From contig JAAOMT010000675.1 of assembly GCA_016748015.1 (NCBI GenBank), positions 1 to 64,000 on the forward strand: a stretch of 64,000 bases of DNA. The letters run 5' to 3'. The notes beneath the pieces were generated by a model. The model saw nothing but the letters and a program-made list of their open reading frames with translations. It was not told where the DNA came from and searched no databases. How positions within the stretch are numbered: the stretch's first letter is position 1; each line of letters begins with the position of its first letter. This document shows positions 37,855 to 51,148 of this stretch, one piece after another. The DNA is from Geosiphon pyriformis uo1 (lineage: Eukaryota; Fungi; Glomeromycota). The translations under genes and the position numbers were made by a program.

Positions 37855-40524
37855 ATGTTTTTCCATGATGCCGAAACTAACTCAACGCCTGATCAACTAT
37901 TAGAGGAACTTTCAGTTACGGACTCACCGAAGATAGATCGTCAGGGCCTTTGTTCTGAAGAGAGTGGTCATGAGCATAATTTTGAGGAAGTCTCGTTGGA
38001 AGATCCTCAGGGAAGACTAAGAACTCCGGTCCTAGAGGTCGAAAAAAAAAAAGAAAAGAAAAAACCGAAACTTTTCTCACTTGTTATCAGTAAACCTTCG
38101 CCGCCTTCTTCAACTCCCTCCTCACCTCCATCGCCACCTACACCTCCCACAGTGAATAGAGTTTCTAACTTATCTTCCGATGATTCTGATCAAGTTGAAG
38201 AAAACACGTTGCGAAGACAGTCTTCGGGACCGTTCTATAGTGTTCCTATGACTCCCCTCATCTCTTTAAAAAACCTAGCCGACAGCACCAAAAGGTTGTC
38301 TGCGGATGATAAATTTGTGTCACGTAAGAACACAGTACTTTTAGGGACAAAGTCAAAGTCCCTATCAAATGTGACAACTTTTGAAGCCGAACACAGTGAT
38401 CGAAAAGTAAAAAGAACGCATAGTCATAGTAGGTTGGTGAAATAAATGGTTGAATTATCGAAAAAAATGGTATATATTACATTCAATGTGAATGATCCTG
38501 AATTTCTCTCAGATTTTTTACCTGGGGTCCTGCAAATTTACATCCTTTGGATGTTTATATATCTAAAACAAGACAAAGGTAATTGATTATTGACCTGAGA
38601 AGATCCCTTCAGATAACTCACTATAACTACTTTTTTCAGAGATCTTCCTCCAAAAGCTCTAACAGAGGAGGTGTGAAAATCATAAAATTATTCGCTCGTA
38701 ACTTTTTATTATTTATTATTTATTTATCTTTAATGTGATTTCAGAAGCGTCATATGCAAGAGCATGAGATCATGATGCGCAGGGCGAAACAAGCAGGTCT
38801 AATATTTAAGCACTGTTTTTGCTTCGGTTTAATTTTACATTTTTGCCTGAATTTCTATTCAAAAACAAATTCTAGAAATAAAAAAGGTTCAGCGTGAGCA
38901 AAAGAAAAAGCAACAGCGTGATAAACAGTATCAGACAGCTTTGCAAACCTGGGAAACAGAGATTATTCCCCATTGGCAGATCGCGTAACTAATTTATTTC
39001 TTTTCTTTTCTTTTCAAAAACAATTTAATTAATGTGACATATTTTATATCTCTAGGCGGCATGAAAAGAGTACTCGAGATTTATGGCGGAAAGGTATTCC
39101 TCCAAGGTGCCGAAATAAGGTCAGTTTCTTGGATAGCCTGTATAGATAATTGATAAAAATTCATAGGGTTTCTCTTTCCAATCCATATCATTCTGTTTTA
39201 AATTTCTAATGAACTGATGGATGATTAAAAGATTTGGCTGTTGTGTATTGGGAATCCACTGTCTATAAGTAAAGGTAATCATAAAAGAATAATTTTTACG
39301 TGTTACTTCTGTGATATTGATCCTTTTTTTCCTTGTCGCGAAAATCATTTAGCAACATATGACATATGTTTGGACAGGTATATATAAGCCTAGACCTTAG
39401 ATTATAACCTACGAAACAAATTTTAATCATACTATTCATTCAACAGAGCATTCAAAGCAAAAAGTGATTTGAGTGATGGTCTTGCTTCACCTACTCGAAG
39501 TGAATCATCACACAAAACGGCGGAGCTATTTGAATTAATTGAAAAGGAGATAGCCGAAACCCTTCCGTCCCTTGGACTTTTTCAGGTTTTTTTGAGATCT
39601 TAACTTTTGAATCATTTCTACGGTCATCTCTTCTTACCTGGTGTGTTGCTTTCATCTGCATCCGGTATATTCATACAGTCAGAAGGCCCGCTTTGTAATA
39701 ATTTGCGAAGTGTCCTAGAGGCATACACATTTTATCGGTCAGGTACCGACTATGTGCGTATTTGTTGGGTTCTTGATAATCTTAGAAAGAGAAACTTCAT
39801 CAGATGTCACGCTCAACTGGTCGATATCTTTTTAGGTTAAAGGGCTTAATAATATTGCGGCGATGCTTTTACTTAACTTGGACATTCTCAACGCTTTTGC
39901 GTCTATGGTCAGTTTGGCTCATAAACCATGCCTTTCTGCATTCTTTGATAATGATGAGTTAAAGGTAATACTAGTTCTGTCTCGAGATCAAAGTTTGCAT
40001 TAGCGTTCAACGTGAAAAAGCATAATTTAATTTCAATCAATATACTAGGTTCAAGGTTATCTTAGGGTGTTTTCCACATTATTCAAAGCTAAATTACCAA
40101 AGGTATGATGAGCATTTATGAAATATTATTACTTTGTAATTGTGTTTATCTTTATTATTATCCCACAATATGTTTTTGCCATTTTTAGTTATACAATCAT
40201 TTCAAATCCTTGGATATTTATCCATCTACCTTCATCCCGAACTGGTTTATCACAATGTTCACCTGTCATTTGCCACTTGATTTCGCTAGTCGTTTTTGGG
40301 ATTGTTATTTTCTTGATGGGGATATTTTTCTTTTTCAGGCTGCACTGGGCATCCTGTTCACTTTAGAACCCCAACTTTATGGTTCAATAGAAGAAATTCA
40401 TAGGACATTATTGGCGAAGCCATTCGATGGAGTTGGGGTTGATCAAGTGTTTGACCATATCGAAAAAGTCAAACTCTATGAAGAAATCTTTCGACAATTG
40501 GTGGTCAAGGAAGTGCCACCATAA
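37855..40524 (+). CDS. TBC/Rab-GAP-domain protein, TBC1D12/14-like (many small exons; start could be 37663 or 37546)
   Basis: LPPK..EE, WETEIIPHW, RDLWRKGIPPRCRNK|IW, EGPL..LRSVLEAY, WFITMF..LPLDFASRFWDCYFLDGDIFLFQAALGIL. Confidence 0.85.
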
Positions 40525-40910
40525 TAGCAGTATAATCATATAAATTTCAATGTAATATTTTTAGACCATATGTTAGTTAAATATCACAAAAGATGTTTGA
40601 ATCTATTCCGTCTTTTACCGTGACACAGCCTTTTCCATTTTAGCTAATATTATTAACGTTTTAATGTCATATTTTTTAATACATTTCTTTTTTAGTTTAT
40701 TGTTCACGCGCTAGTCATTTTCCAAAAAAAAATCATCGATAGTATAAACCTCGTTGGAAAATCCCAGGCCACTCAATGGTGTGATTAAGAACTTGGAAGT
40801 TTGATCAACTTCGTGACATATCCTGATGTTAAAAATGATAGAAAGCCAAAAACCCTGAATTTCAAAACAGTTTATTCCCTCCCTTCAGACAGCGGTCAAT
40901 GAGTATATAA

Positions 40911-43420
40911 ATGGCAGGATTTGAAGATTCCTTCGTTGCTTTTGAACGGGAAACAGCAGCTGATAGCGACTATGAAGGAAATTTAGCAGAGCATTCTGAA
41001 CTGTCTGGCGAAACCCACCATAAACAAGTTCCCATAATCACTTCAAGCATTCGTTCTGACTCTTTCTCCAGCTTTTGTTGTCAAATTGGTTCAGCTATTA
41101 GCGAAGGCAAGGAGTCTATAAACATCAATAATGCACAAAAGACAAATGAGGGTAGCGGAAGCTCATATATAACGTATAATATTTGCTTCAACGTGAGTTT
41201 TCTTTGGAGGTTCCAAAAATGCCACGCAACTGTGTTTGGAGTGAGATAGTTAAATCAATCTTACAAATCCAGTTTGTGGTTTTCTGTCCACTGCAGTTCA
41301 AGCATTAATTTAAATCTCTTTACCATCTGATCTCTGATTGATTCTTTTTCGGTTGCTCAGGAACAGGAAGTGAAAAGACGATACTCGGAATTCGAATCAC
41401 TTAGAAAAAGCTTATCAAGATTATATCCTACTGTCATTATGCCTCCTATACCTGAAAAACATTCAATCAGTAAGCAAGCAAGGCATCAAAACTTCAATAT
41501 TAATTATTTTATAGCTGGAAAGGTGCATTAAGTTATCACCAAAATTTCTCAATTCATTTTACTCTCAACATTGCTTTAGCCGATTATGCGACCATGCAGA
41601 GCAAAGCCAAGGAAGATCAGGTTATAATTGAGAAACGTAAGAGAATGTTGCAAACATTCTTGAATCGGATCGCCAAACATCCACAATTGTCCAATGCTCA
41701 TATTTTTCATCGGTTTTTGGAGAATGGTGTCTCTTGGGTAGGTAGTAGCTTTCTAGGCTCACTTGTCGTTACAATATCTACTCGAAATGGCCGCAAAGTT
41801 CACACTACCCTTATATTATTATTTTTTAATACATACTGTTTTATTATCTGGGCTTTTAATTGATCACCATCTATAATCGTACCCGCTTAGAATGACGTTC
41901 TTCACTCGCCACCACTCTCGACGCTTCCTAAAAATATACTCCAGGTTTCTCCAGCTAACCTTCCATCTCAATCCTCTAATAACTATTCGATCCCCAGATC
42001 TCCCACTTCTACATCCCCTGGGATACCTTCACCAATGCTTCCGACCCCAAGCGCTTCTCAGATATTAAAAAATCCCGATCCACGATTTGTTGAATCTGAA
42101 GCTTTCACTACTAAGTTCGCCAATCATATGAGCCAGAATCTGGAAAAAACAAACAGGAGAATTCTGAAAAGATTGAGCGGTGAGGTTTGAGATTTTAACT
42201 CAGAAAATTATCTTAGTGGTTCTCTTGGAACGTTTTCGCACATTTCTCTTTGCCAACCTATCTTGTTATTTCCCACAGATTTATCGAATGATTATGCTGA
42301 CTTGGGTGCCGTGTATAATGGGTTTAGTTTGAATGAGTCAGGAAACCTTGCCCATGCCATTGAAAAAGTTGGGCAAGCTGTTGATTCTTCTTTTATGGCT
42401 ACTGGATATCTGGTAAGATCATCTGTAAAATGAAGAGGAAGTGCAGTTCTTTAACTCGGAATTACTATTTGAGATTTTGATAGTTTTCTCATTATGAAAG
42501 ATTACAGCTTTGGAATCCGAGTTTTCAGAGCCACTTCAAGAATATTCGCAGTTCGCACAAATGATCAAACAGGTCCTTCGATATCGACATATGAAACATT
42601 TACAATTGGAACTCACAGAAGAAAGTTTGGAAAAACAAAGGGCCACCTTGGATGGGCTTAAAAAATCCGAGGAAGAATCTAAAAGGTTGCAGGCGGCATT
42701 AAATAAAGAACATGAGATACCCGAGGAAGCTGCTTCATTTCAACCACGTGTCAGTTTTGAGAGTGATGATGGCATTCTACAAACTCATGAAGGAAGTGAA
42801 AATGCTCGTGACGAGGATCATCGGCAAGAGGGTGATGCGGCAAGCATGACCTCGAACAATTCATCAACGAATTTTAAAAAACATCACAAAAAACGCAACA
42901 GCTCGAAGTTGTTTTCTGTTTTAGGTCACACCTTAAATGGTCTCATAGATGTGGATCCTGAGGCTACTCGTCGAAATCACATTGGCAAAACCACTGATTC
43001 AATTATTCAGGTATTTTTCATTCCCATTAAATAAGATTTTGCTGTACTCTTATTGGCATAAATGATATCCCACATTTCATGATCGATAAGCTCAGGTTTT
43101 TTTGTTTGTTTGTTCGTTTTGAATAGCTTGGTGAAGCCCTTGAAACATCTAAAATCGATCTCCAGAACATATCAACCTCAATTCAAGAGGACCTAGATCG
43201 CTTTCAAAGACAAAAAGTATGCGATTTACGAGATATGTTGATTGCCTATGCCAAGATCCAAGTGGCATGGTGTCAAAAGGTAGGTACTTGTATTTACTAG
43301 ACATTAAGCTCTTCCATATCTTTAACGTTCTATTAATTCGTGGTATATGAATTACGTAATCCATAGAATCTCAGTAGTTGGGAAGAAGCCAAAGCTGAAG
43401 TTCAAAAAATACAAGTTTAA
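40911..43420 (+). CDS. PX-BAR sorting nexin, SNX41/ATG20-like (multi-exon)
   Basis: SYITYNI; [31 protein letters not shown]; [17 protein letters not shown]; [17 protein letters not shown] (Snx41-type); [15 protein letters not shown]. Confidence 0.88.
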
Positions 43421-44463
43421 TTGTTATTGTTCTGAAGAGTCTGAAAATTTTGGTTGGGTGGTAGGATGAGTTTCAAGGTCCGATTTTTACTAAAGGTTAA
43501 AAATGTCCTCAAAGACAAGTATTCATCTACAGACCTAATTTTGGTAATAAGAAAATTACGAAAAAGCGAACTTGGCTCAATGGGATTTGATTACTTATAG
43601 GAAAATAGACTGTTTACTTGTAAATTAATTTGATCCAAAAATTTTTAACTATAATCTGTAAACCAGTTTGTTGGGTAGTTGTTAATTGTTTATTTCAAAA
43701 ATTATTTTTTTACTAAATGCAGAAATTTTGTAAAAAAGAAACACCCTTTGTTTTTTGAATTCATTGTTAAGTTTTAAATGCATTTATTAAAAGTTTTTCA
43801 AAAACTATATTGAAATTTGTTATAATATATAATTTTAAAAATAAATTATTTAATTTTAATAATAATTAAATATTTAAAAATTTTAATCAAATTTAAACAA
43901 AAACATTTAACATCAATTCAATTCAATTCAATTCAATTTATTTTATTTTATCGAGTATTTTAACAAACAAAATTTGAATATCCGAAATATTTTGAGCTTA
44001 AATAAATTCAAAATTAAGCAATTTAAAATTACTAACATGAAAGCACGCACTACTTTGTTATACATAAGAAATATCAACAGTGAAAAAAATTAAAGCAAAA
44101 AAAAATTGTGTACAAGATTAATCATGGTTAGTCAGAGAATTTGCTAGTCATGATTTTACAAGTGTGTGGCTCATGGAACACCCGAAAATCACAAAATTTG
44201 AAAATCCTGATACATCTAAGTGTGCGGTAGAGTGGGATTTTTGCCGGAAAAATCCAGCTGTTATCCGGTAAAATACTTATGCTGAACAGAATGGGCCGTG
44301 CACTATTCAACTAAAAATTGGTTTGCTCCACTACCCCAGCGATCCAAGTATCTTGTCGTTAAATTTACATTTTTGAGGAAATCACTTCTAAGCGGAAAAG
44401 CAAGTCAACCTTTCGCTCAATCACAATACCATTTTTCCCAATTGGGTTGTTAATCGTGGAAAA

Positions 44464-47400
44464 ATGGGAGAAGATGAAGGTGGTAAGAAGTTTGAAAAGC
44501 CACCATTCAATAGAATCAGATCTGGCATAATCAACTGGTACCTTGGGCATAAGTCTAACCTTTGGCTAAAATTCTGATTTCAGATTTAGACGTGTGTCGT
44601 GTGTGCCGAAGCGAAGGCACTGCGGATCAACCGTTGTTCCATCCTTGCAAATGCGCTGGGAGTATCCGCTTCGTACATCAAGACTGGTATTTGGCTCCTT
44701 AAAATACATTCGTTTTCTTGCCAGCTCAGACTTCACTCCCAACATAACTTTGACATGTCCCACTCATTTTTGGGATAAATTTAGCTTAACAGAATGGTTA
44801 AAACACAGCAAGAAAAAGTAAGGAATTCATATGATTTATTTCTTGTATTTTGTCATTTCCCACCTATTTCTTTTTAACTTGATCAATTCTTAGGCATTGT
44901 GAAGTGTGCAAATATCCATTTTCATTTACACCAAGTACGTAAACTTCATTCCACGATTCCAAACCAATCACCATTGCCATTAAATATCTAGTAGAGAATA
45001 TATAGTGCGATCTCCCTATATCAAATTAAAAGCCTGAGCAATCATGTATTTTTTGATGATATTCTAAGTAATCTGCTCTGGTTTTTTGGGCATTAATCAA
45101 GTTGAAAACACTGATAATTATCGAGATCACAGTATTTCTTTTCTATTTCAAAGTTTTGAAAATCAGAGGACATCTCATTTCGTTTCTCACTTTCATTAGA
45201 TATTTTGAATTTCTAACTTTTATATTTAATTTCTGGAAAAGTATATGATCCACGTATGCCAGATTCTATTCCGATTGTCTTATTTATAAGGCGTGGGCTC
45301 CGCCGATTTTACGGTCTTGTCAAAATCTGGCTTCGTGCAATGCTTGTTGGAACTGTTTGGCTCATCACGTTACCATACATAACTGTTTGGGTTTGGCGAT
45401 TTTACTTTTGGAGTGGGGAAAGTTTGGCATCTTTTGTATACGGTATAAAGCCAGCCACAATGGAAACAAATAATAACACGATGACAGAAGAAAAAAGTAC
45501 ACTGGCGATATTTTACGTAACTTTGCTAAAGGGAGCGTTGTGGTATGTGCCACCTGATGCCGTGGAATTTTTGGAAACATATGGGGATTTTGCAAGGTAT
45601 TACCCATATAGATTAATAAGCATGCTCATAATTATTCATCTTCACTCATGCTTATCCTTCCATTATTGATCAGTAAATTTTTCGCAGATACCTTTCATGG
45701 CCAAATTATCACGTGTATTGTAGTAATAGTTTTTGTTGCTGCCTTTTTGTTGCGCGAATGGATTATACAAAATACACCACCGGAGGATGGATTGGAGAAT
45801 GACGTAGTTGGAATTGAAGGGATTGATCATGAAATTTTGGAAAACAATGCTGTGGAAAACAACGCGAGGAGACAAGTAATTCCGGATATACCGCCGGCGC
45901 CAATTATCGAAAGAGAATTTGATATACAATTTCCCAATATCCCACAATTAGCTAATTTTGATCCAGTACCTAATTTGCCACAACTACCACAGCTACCTAA
46001 CATTAATTTACCGGCACTCCTAAATTTACCTCTTGATCCTCCTGCGTTGAATAATCGACCGTGGCCGGTACTTAACATACCACCCCCAGTAGAACAAGCA
46101 AATAACCAACAGATAATTCCACTTCCCCCTGCAGGTCTATTTAATGAAGCAAACCTTCTGCTTCCTCGACCACAGTCACAGCTTGATATGGACCCAGCAA
46201 ACCAAAATGAACAACTAGAACTTCCTATACCAACTAATAGGGAACCTTTTATTGGGCCTAGACCCACCTCGCAAGAAAATCTTTTTCGATTCGAGCCTTC
46301 AAATTTTTCTCAATCATTCACAAACATTAGAGGAATGCCTATACCTGGGGAAAACATTAAAAATACATCATCTAATTCAAACCAAGAAGATCAAGCTGGC
46401 GGAAGCATTAAAAGTACCTCCATTCAACTTGATACCCCATCATCTTCCCTTTTGATAAATTCATCTCCGCCTAGGACTCCGCTTTATGTCTCATATCCAA
46501 ATGATAAAAACGTGTCAGCTCTTATGGATGAAGTCGAAAGAAACGGAAATGAATTTGAAAGTTTACTTTCAGATAATCTCCATGTTGGATCATCGAGAGT
46601 CAGCACATCAGACGCGGCTAATGTCCCTCTTTCCACGGAGAATGTAAGCCAAGCATTTCTTTTCAATGGGTCAACAACACCAAAGATATCTTCTGGAGGC
46701 ATTCGAACAGAAAACCATGACAAATCAGACTTTCGTACGATCAAAGCATCTGATAAACCTTCCACATTAAAACAAAATATTGTCAACACTGAGGAAACAT
46801 TACCAGTGACGAGAGATCAGGCCTATATGTCTCGGAGAATACGGCCTATTAAACACATATCTATGCGTGCACGAACGTCAAATCCTTCAATAGCTTCGTC
46901 TTCCAATGCCTTAATAGAAAGGACATTTGTCCCATCACAAGGTGAATTTGAAGGGGATTCAACTTCACTTCCCTCCTCGATTACGAGTGAAACTTCTTTG
47001 CGCTGGGATCGTCGTGTGCAAGAACCATTTAGCAAAGATGAATTTGATGTCTACGATGATTCCCCTGTATCTAGCGGTGAAATAAGCAGTGAGGAAAATA
47101 TTGATGGTGAGAGGAAGGATAAAGAAACAAGTGCAAAACGTATCAATCCCTCAAAATAATATGAAATAACAGGAATTTCTACTACATAGATAACCCTGCT
47201 AAACGTATCACCTTTGCCGAGTCAAGTTCTTCAAAAGATGGCTCGAATTTAATGGCTCGAACGTCTGATTTTACATTTGGCTCATCACGACAAATGCTGC
47301 CAGAAAAATCTTGGAATTCACAATTTCATCCTGACTCCACACTGCAACCCACCTCAAATTGGGACAGTGCTCGCCCATCGTGGGCACATAACCCTTTACC

Positions 47401-50400
47401 CGATATAAATCATTCATCCTGTGATCTGAATGCTACCAACAGTATAATGCCCGAAGATCAATCGGAAGAACACGTAGACTCTAATATATTGAATTTTGAC
47501 GAAGAGGAGGAAGAAAACTCTGATGAGGAGGCCTTTGAGGATTCCCAAGAAGGGGATTCTGACGATGGTGATAATAGGGAATATGATGAAAGAGACCCCG
47601 ATGATATAATAAATGGTACAACTGGAAATTGAAAATATAGTTAAATTACATCAATGCAGAGATTTATCTCACAATTGTGCTCTTTTTTGAAGTAGGTGGT
47701 GATGAGCATGGAGATAATGAAGATGAACAACAGCTACAAGCAGAAGATGCTTTTGCTCCGCACCAAGAAATGGAAGATCAACCTCGCCCAGCTGTAGATC
47801 CTCCATGGGTTGCTGGACGAGATTGGATAGCCAACCTCTTCAATGATGCTCCCGAACAGAACAATAATAATATATTTGGCAATCAGCCCCCCGATCAAGA
47901 TGATGATAATAATGCAGTGGCACCTATTGTTCCGCTTCCACCTGAAGATTTTAATCAAAATCAACCTGCTGCTCCGGTAATACCCCCTCTGCCTGCTCCT
48001 TTGTTTAATGAGGCTATTGAGGCTCCTGCAGGTGGTTTCCAAGCTTTTCTAGACCCCGATGAAGAAGAGGAAGAAAATGTTGCTAACGAAGATCTGGAAG
48101 GGGTTCTCGAAGCAATCGGTATGCGCGGCTCTCTTTGGATGTTACTTCAGAATTCAGCCTTGATGGCACTCTTGATTGCACTATGTCTTGCCGGGTCCAT
48201 TTGGGTGCCATACATTGTAGGGAAAATTGCACTTCTGGTATGTATTCCAACTACGTTTCTTTCTATATAATATTCAATAATCAAAATACTAATCCATTCT
48301 TATCATAGTCCAATCCTTTATCGTTAATACAATGGCCTTTATGGTTGTTACGCTGTATCACCGATCCGTTTGTTGATTTAATTTTAGATACAATGTTACC
48401 TTGGATATGGTCACTGGTTTCATCAATATTGAAATCCGGGTGGGAGGTTACAAGTCCAGCTATTATACCTTATCTAGAACATTCAAATGCCTTGGAACCT
48501 TTCCAAATCGCTTTCAGCAAGTCATGGGAATATTTTTTGTATGCCCTATCTCTTACAACTCACATCGCTCCTGAAACTGAAAAGATAACCACAAACATGA
48601 CGACGGCGTTGAACACTGACCATCAAATATCAGAATTTCTAAAAGTTCATCATGTCAATATAGCGTTTTCCTTCATGCGGAGATATAATGAATTTGCATA
48701 TGGAAATAAACCTCTAGACAAAATAGTTTGTATTCTCTTTGGGTATACAATTGTAATTCTATTATGTACATGGTATCTCGCCAGAACAAGAAATGCGTAT
48801 GGAAGGACAGTTGGGCGTGCTGTGCAAGAAGCATTGCGACAGCAGGGCATAGTATTAAAGGTACTCTATTAGTGAACCATATTTTATTGGTCTAAATTTC
48901 TCATTCTTTTTCAATTCTCTCAAGGTTGCCTTTTTTGTTGCGATTGAGTTGGCAATCTTTCCAATAATCTGTGGCATACTGTTAGACTTGTCTACACTGC
49001 CTCTCTTTCCTGACGCCACTCCATTAACTCGCCTAAATTTTTATCTGGAATCCCCTATAACTTCGATTTTCCTTCATTGGTTCATTGGTACCGGTTTTAT
49101 GTTCCATTTTGCGGTATTTGTTTCTTTATGCCGCGAAATTGTCCGCCCGGGTGTTATGTGGTTCATTAGGGATCCAAACGATCCACAATTTCATCCTATT
49201 AAAGAGATCCTAGAGAGACCAGTATGGACACAGCTGAAAAAAATTGGTGCCAGTGGAATAATGTATAGCGCTATGATTGTTTTAGGATTGGGTAGTGTTA
49301 TATATTTTGTACGGTACTGTTTTAGCTCAATATTGCCCTTACGCTGGTCATTCAAGTAAGTTTTTTAAATATTTCCGATCATACGCTTCTCGAATGAGCT
49401 TTGAATCCTTACTTGGGCAAAAAATAATCGATTCTCGTTGTGAATACTGATAGTTTTATTTCCTTTAGCGAGCCAATTTCCGACTTTCCTCTTGATCTTT
49501 TGATATTCCATATTATCGTTCCTATAACTGTCGATTGGGCTAAACCGAGACGACTTTTTCGTAGCCTCTTCACAAACTGGTGGAAAGTGGCTGCGGGACA
49601 ACTTCGACTGACATCATTTATGTTTGGAAACCGTCATCCTGAGGAAGAAGGGACACATGTGCGTAAAACATGGCGTGCTTTCCTACTTGCGCGTAAAGCC
49701 CCTATCCCAAGATTGGGAATAGACATCAACGTTGAGGATAATCAGGATGCCGAGGTGGTTTTTATCAAGGATGGTGGCTTTGTCCGAGCCCCTAGTTATG
49801 ACGGTGTCCCAGTAGTTCCTGGAAGGAGAATGCTGATCCCAGTCAACGAACAAGGCGCATTGCTTGATCCTAACGATGCGCCTGTTGGAGATGATGGCCA
49901 ATTGCATCACACAGTTGTCTATATTCCTCCCAGTTTTCGAAGTCGAGTGATTTTTTTCTTGTTTCTTATGTGGTTCTGTGGCTCTGTTTTCTGTTGCTCG
50001 GTGACCATTTTACCACGTGAGTAAAATGTGACTCAGAAACATTTAATTTCGATTCCTGATTCCCTTCGGGAAACTAACTTTTACTTGCTTCTCCGCTGTA
50101 GTCTTAATTGGCCGATTTATATTCAAAGCGATACTCCACTACCAAAAACCTGTTCATGATCTTTACGCACTGACCGTTGGTTTGTATGGAATGTGGTCAG
50201 CGGGTGTAGGCTTTGAATGGATTTTACGAAAAGTCCAAATATTGAAGGAGCAACAACTTGGAAATGTTAATTGGCCCGAGCTTCGACGTAAATTAACAGT
50301 GGGGACTATAGTATTCTTGAAAATTCTATATCTCTTTTTCGCATTTGGCATTGTTATGCCGTTCCTTTTTTCTTTGGTGATTGAGCTATATTTCATTTTC

Positions 50401-51148
50401 CCATGGAAGAAATATAATTCGGATAAATATCAGATTTCCCTTATGCAGGTAAGTAATCAGTTTAACTGATTTGCCCACATACCGAAAAATCCTCATTATT
50501 CCTATTGAAATAGGATTGGGCTCTGGGTGTAGTTTACATGAAAATTGCATATCGGATTGTTTTCATGTTGCCCGATAATACCTTTAGCCGAGCAATTAAT
50601 GAGGTGAGTATCGATAGTTTATTTATTCGACTTCGTTTTATTTATTACATTTATTCTCTATCAGACTTATATTAATACGTTCATGTCCTATTAATAAATT
50701 ATTAATCTCTCTCTCAAGATTACTGGACGTGGTATCCGTAACTTAGATGTGAAACTGGCAACGAGAATGTTCATTCCCATAGGAGGTATGGCTATTGGAG
50801 CTGTGATTCTGCCCGCAATCAATGCCTATTTTATTTTACTTGTCGCAGGTGAGCTTTCATCTTTGAATTTTCATTCAATTATTTCGACTAGTTCTTTGAT
50901 AACATTGAATATAAAAACCTCCAGGCATCAGAACACAAGAAACCAAATCTTTCATATTCAAATTGATATACCCCCTGTTTCTGGCATTTGTGGTTGGGTA
51001 TCGTATTCAGAGGCAGGCAACACAATTAATACAAAACTGGATGCAAACTGTTCGTGATGAGGAGTACCTAATAGGCCGCCAGTTACACAATATAGAACCA
51101 AACGATCCAGGTCTTGGCCGAATCAATAATGGAGAGATTGTGATATAG
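44464..51148 (+). CDS. DOA10: ERAD E3 ubiquitin ligase DOA10/MARCH6 (about 15 exons, about 1770 aa)
   Basis: RINGv [23 protein letters not shown]|LTEWL..CEVCK; TD domain [29 protein letters not shown]; C-terminal [15 protein letters not shown]. Confidence 0.95.

Noticed and set aside
44235-44255. Hairpin GGATTTTT-GCCGG-AAAAATCC as an ncRNA or riboswitch
   Set aside because: No recognisable family motifs; lies in the DOA10 promoter region.
45053-45114. C/D-box snoRNA in a DOA10 intron (TGATGA...CTGA)
   Set aside because: No rRNA-antisense guide that I could identify, and a weak terminal stem.
45827-46267. Antisense ORFs within DOA10, ORP and AGGF1-like genes
   Set aside because: Shadow frames of real coding exons with no independent motifs.
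47140-47189. Premature stop in DOA10 at 47159, or a U12 intron
   Set aside because: The stop lies within a 50-nt GT-AG intron; donor GTATCAAT does not match U12 GTATCCTT.
33269-51148. Functional cluster of trafficking/ER genes (ORP, TBC, SNX, DOA10), all on the + strand
   Set aside because: Broad functional category and no shared regulatory evidence; plausible by chance without synteny data.
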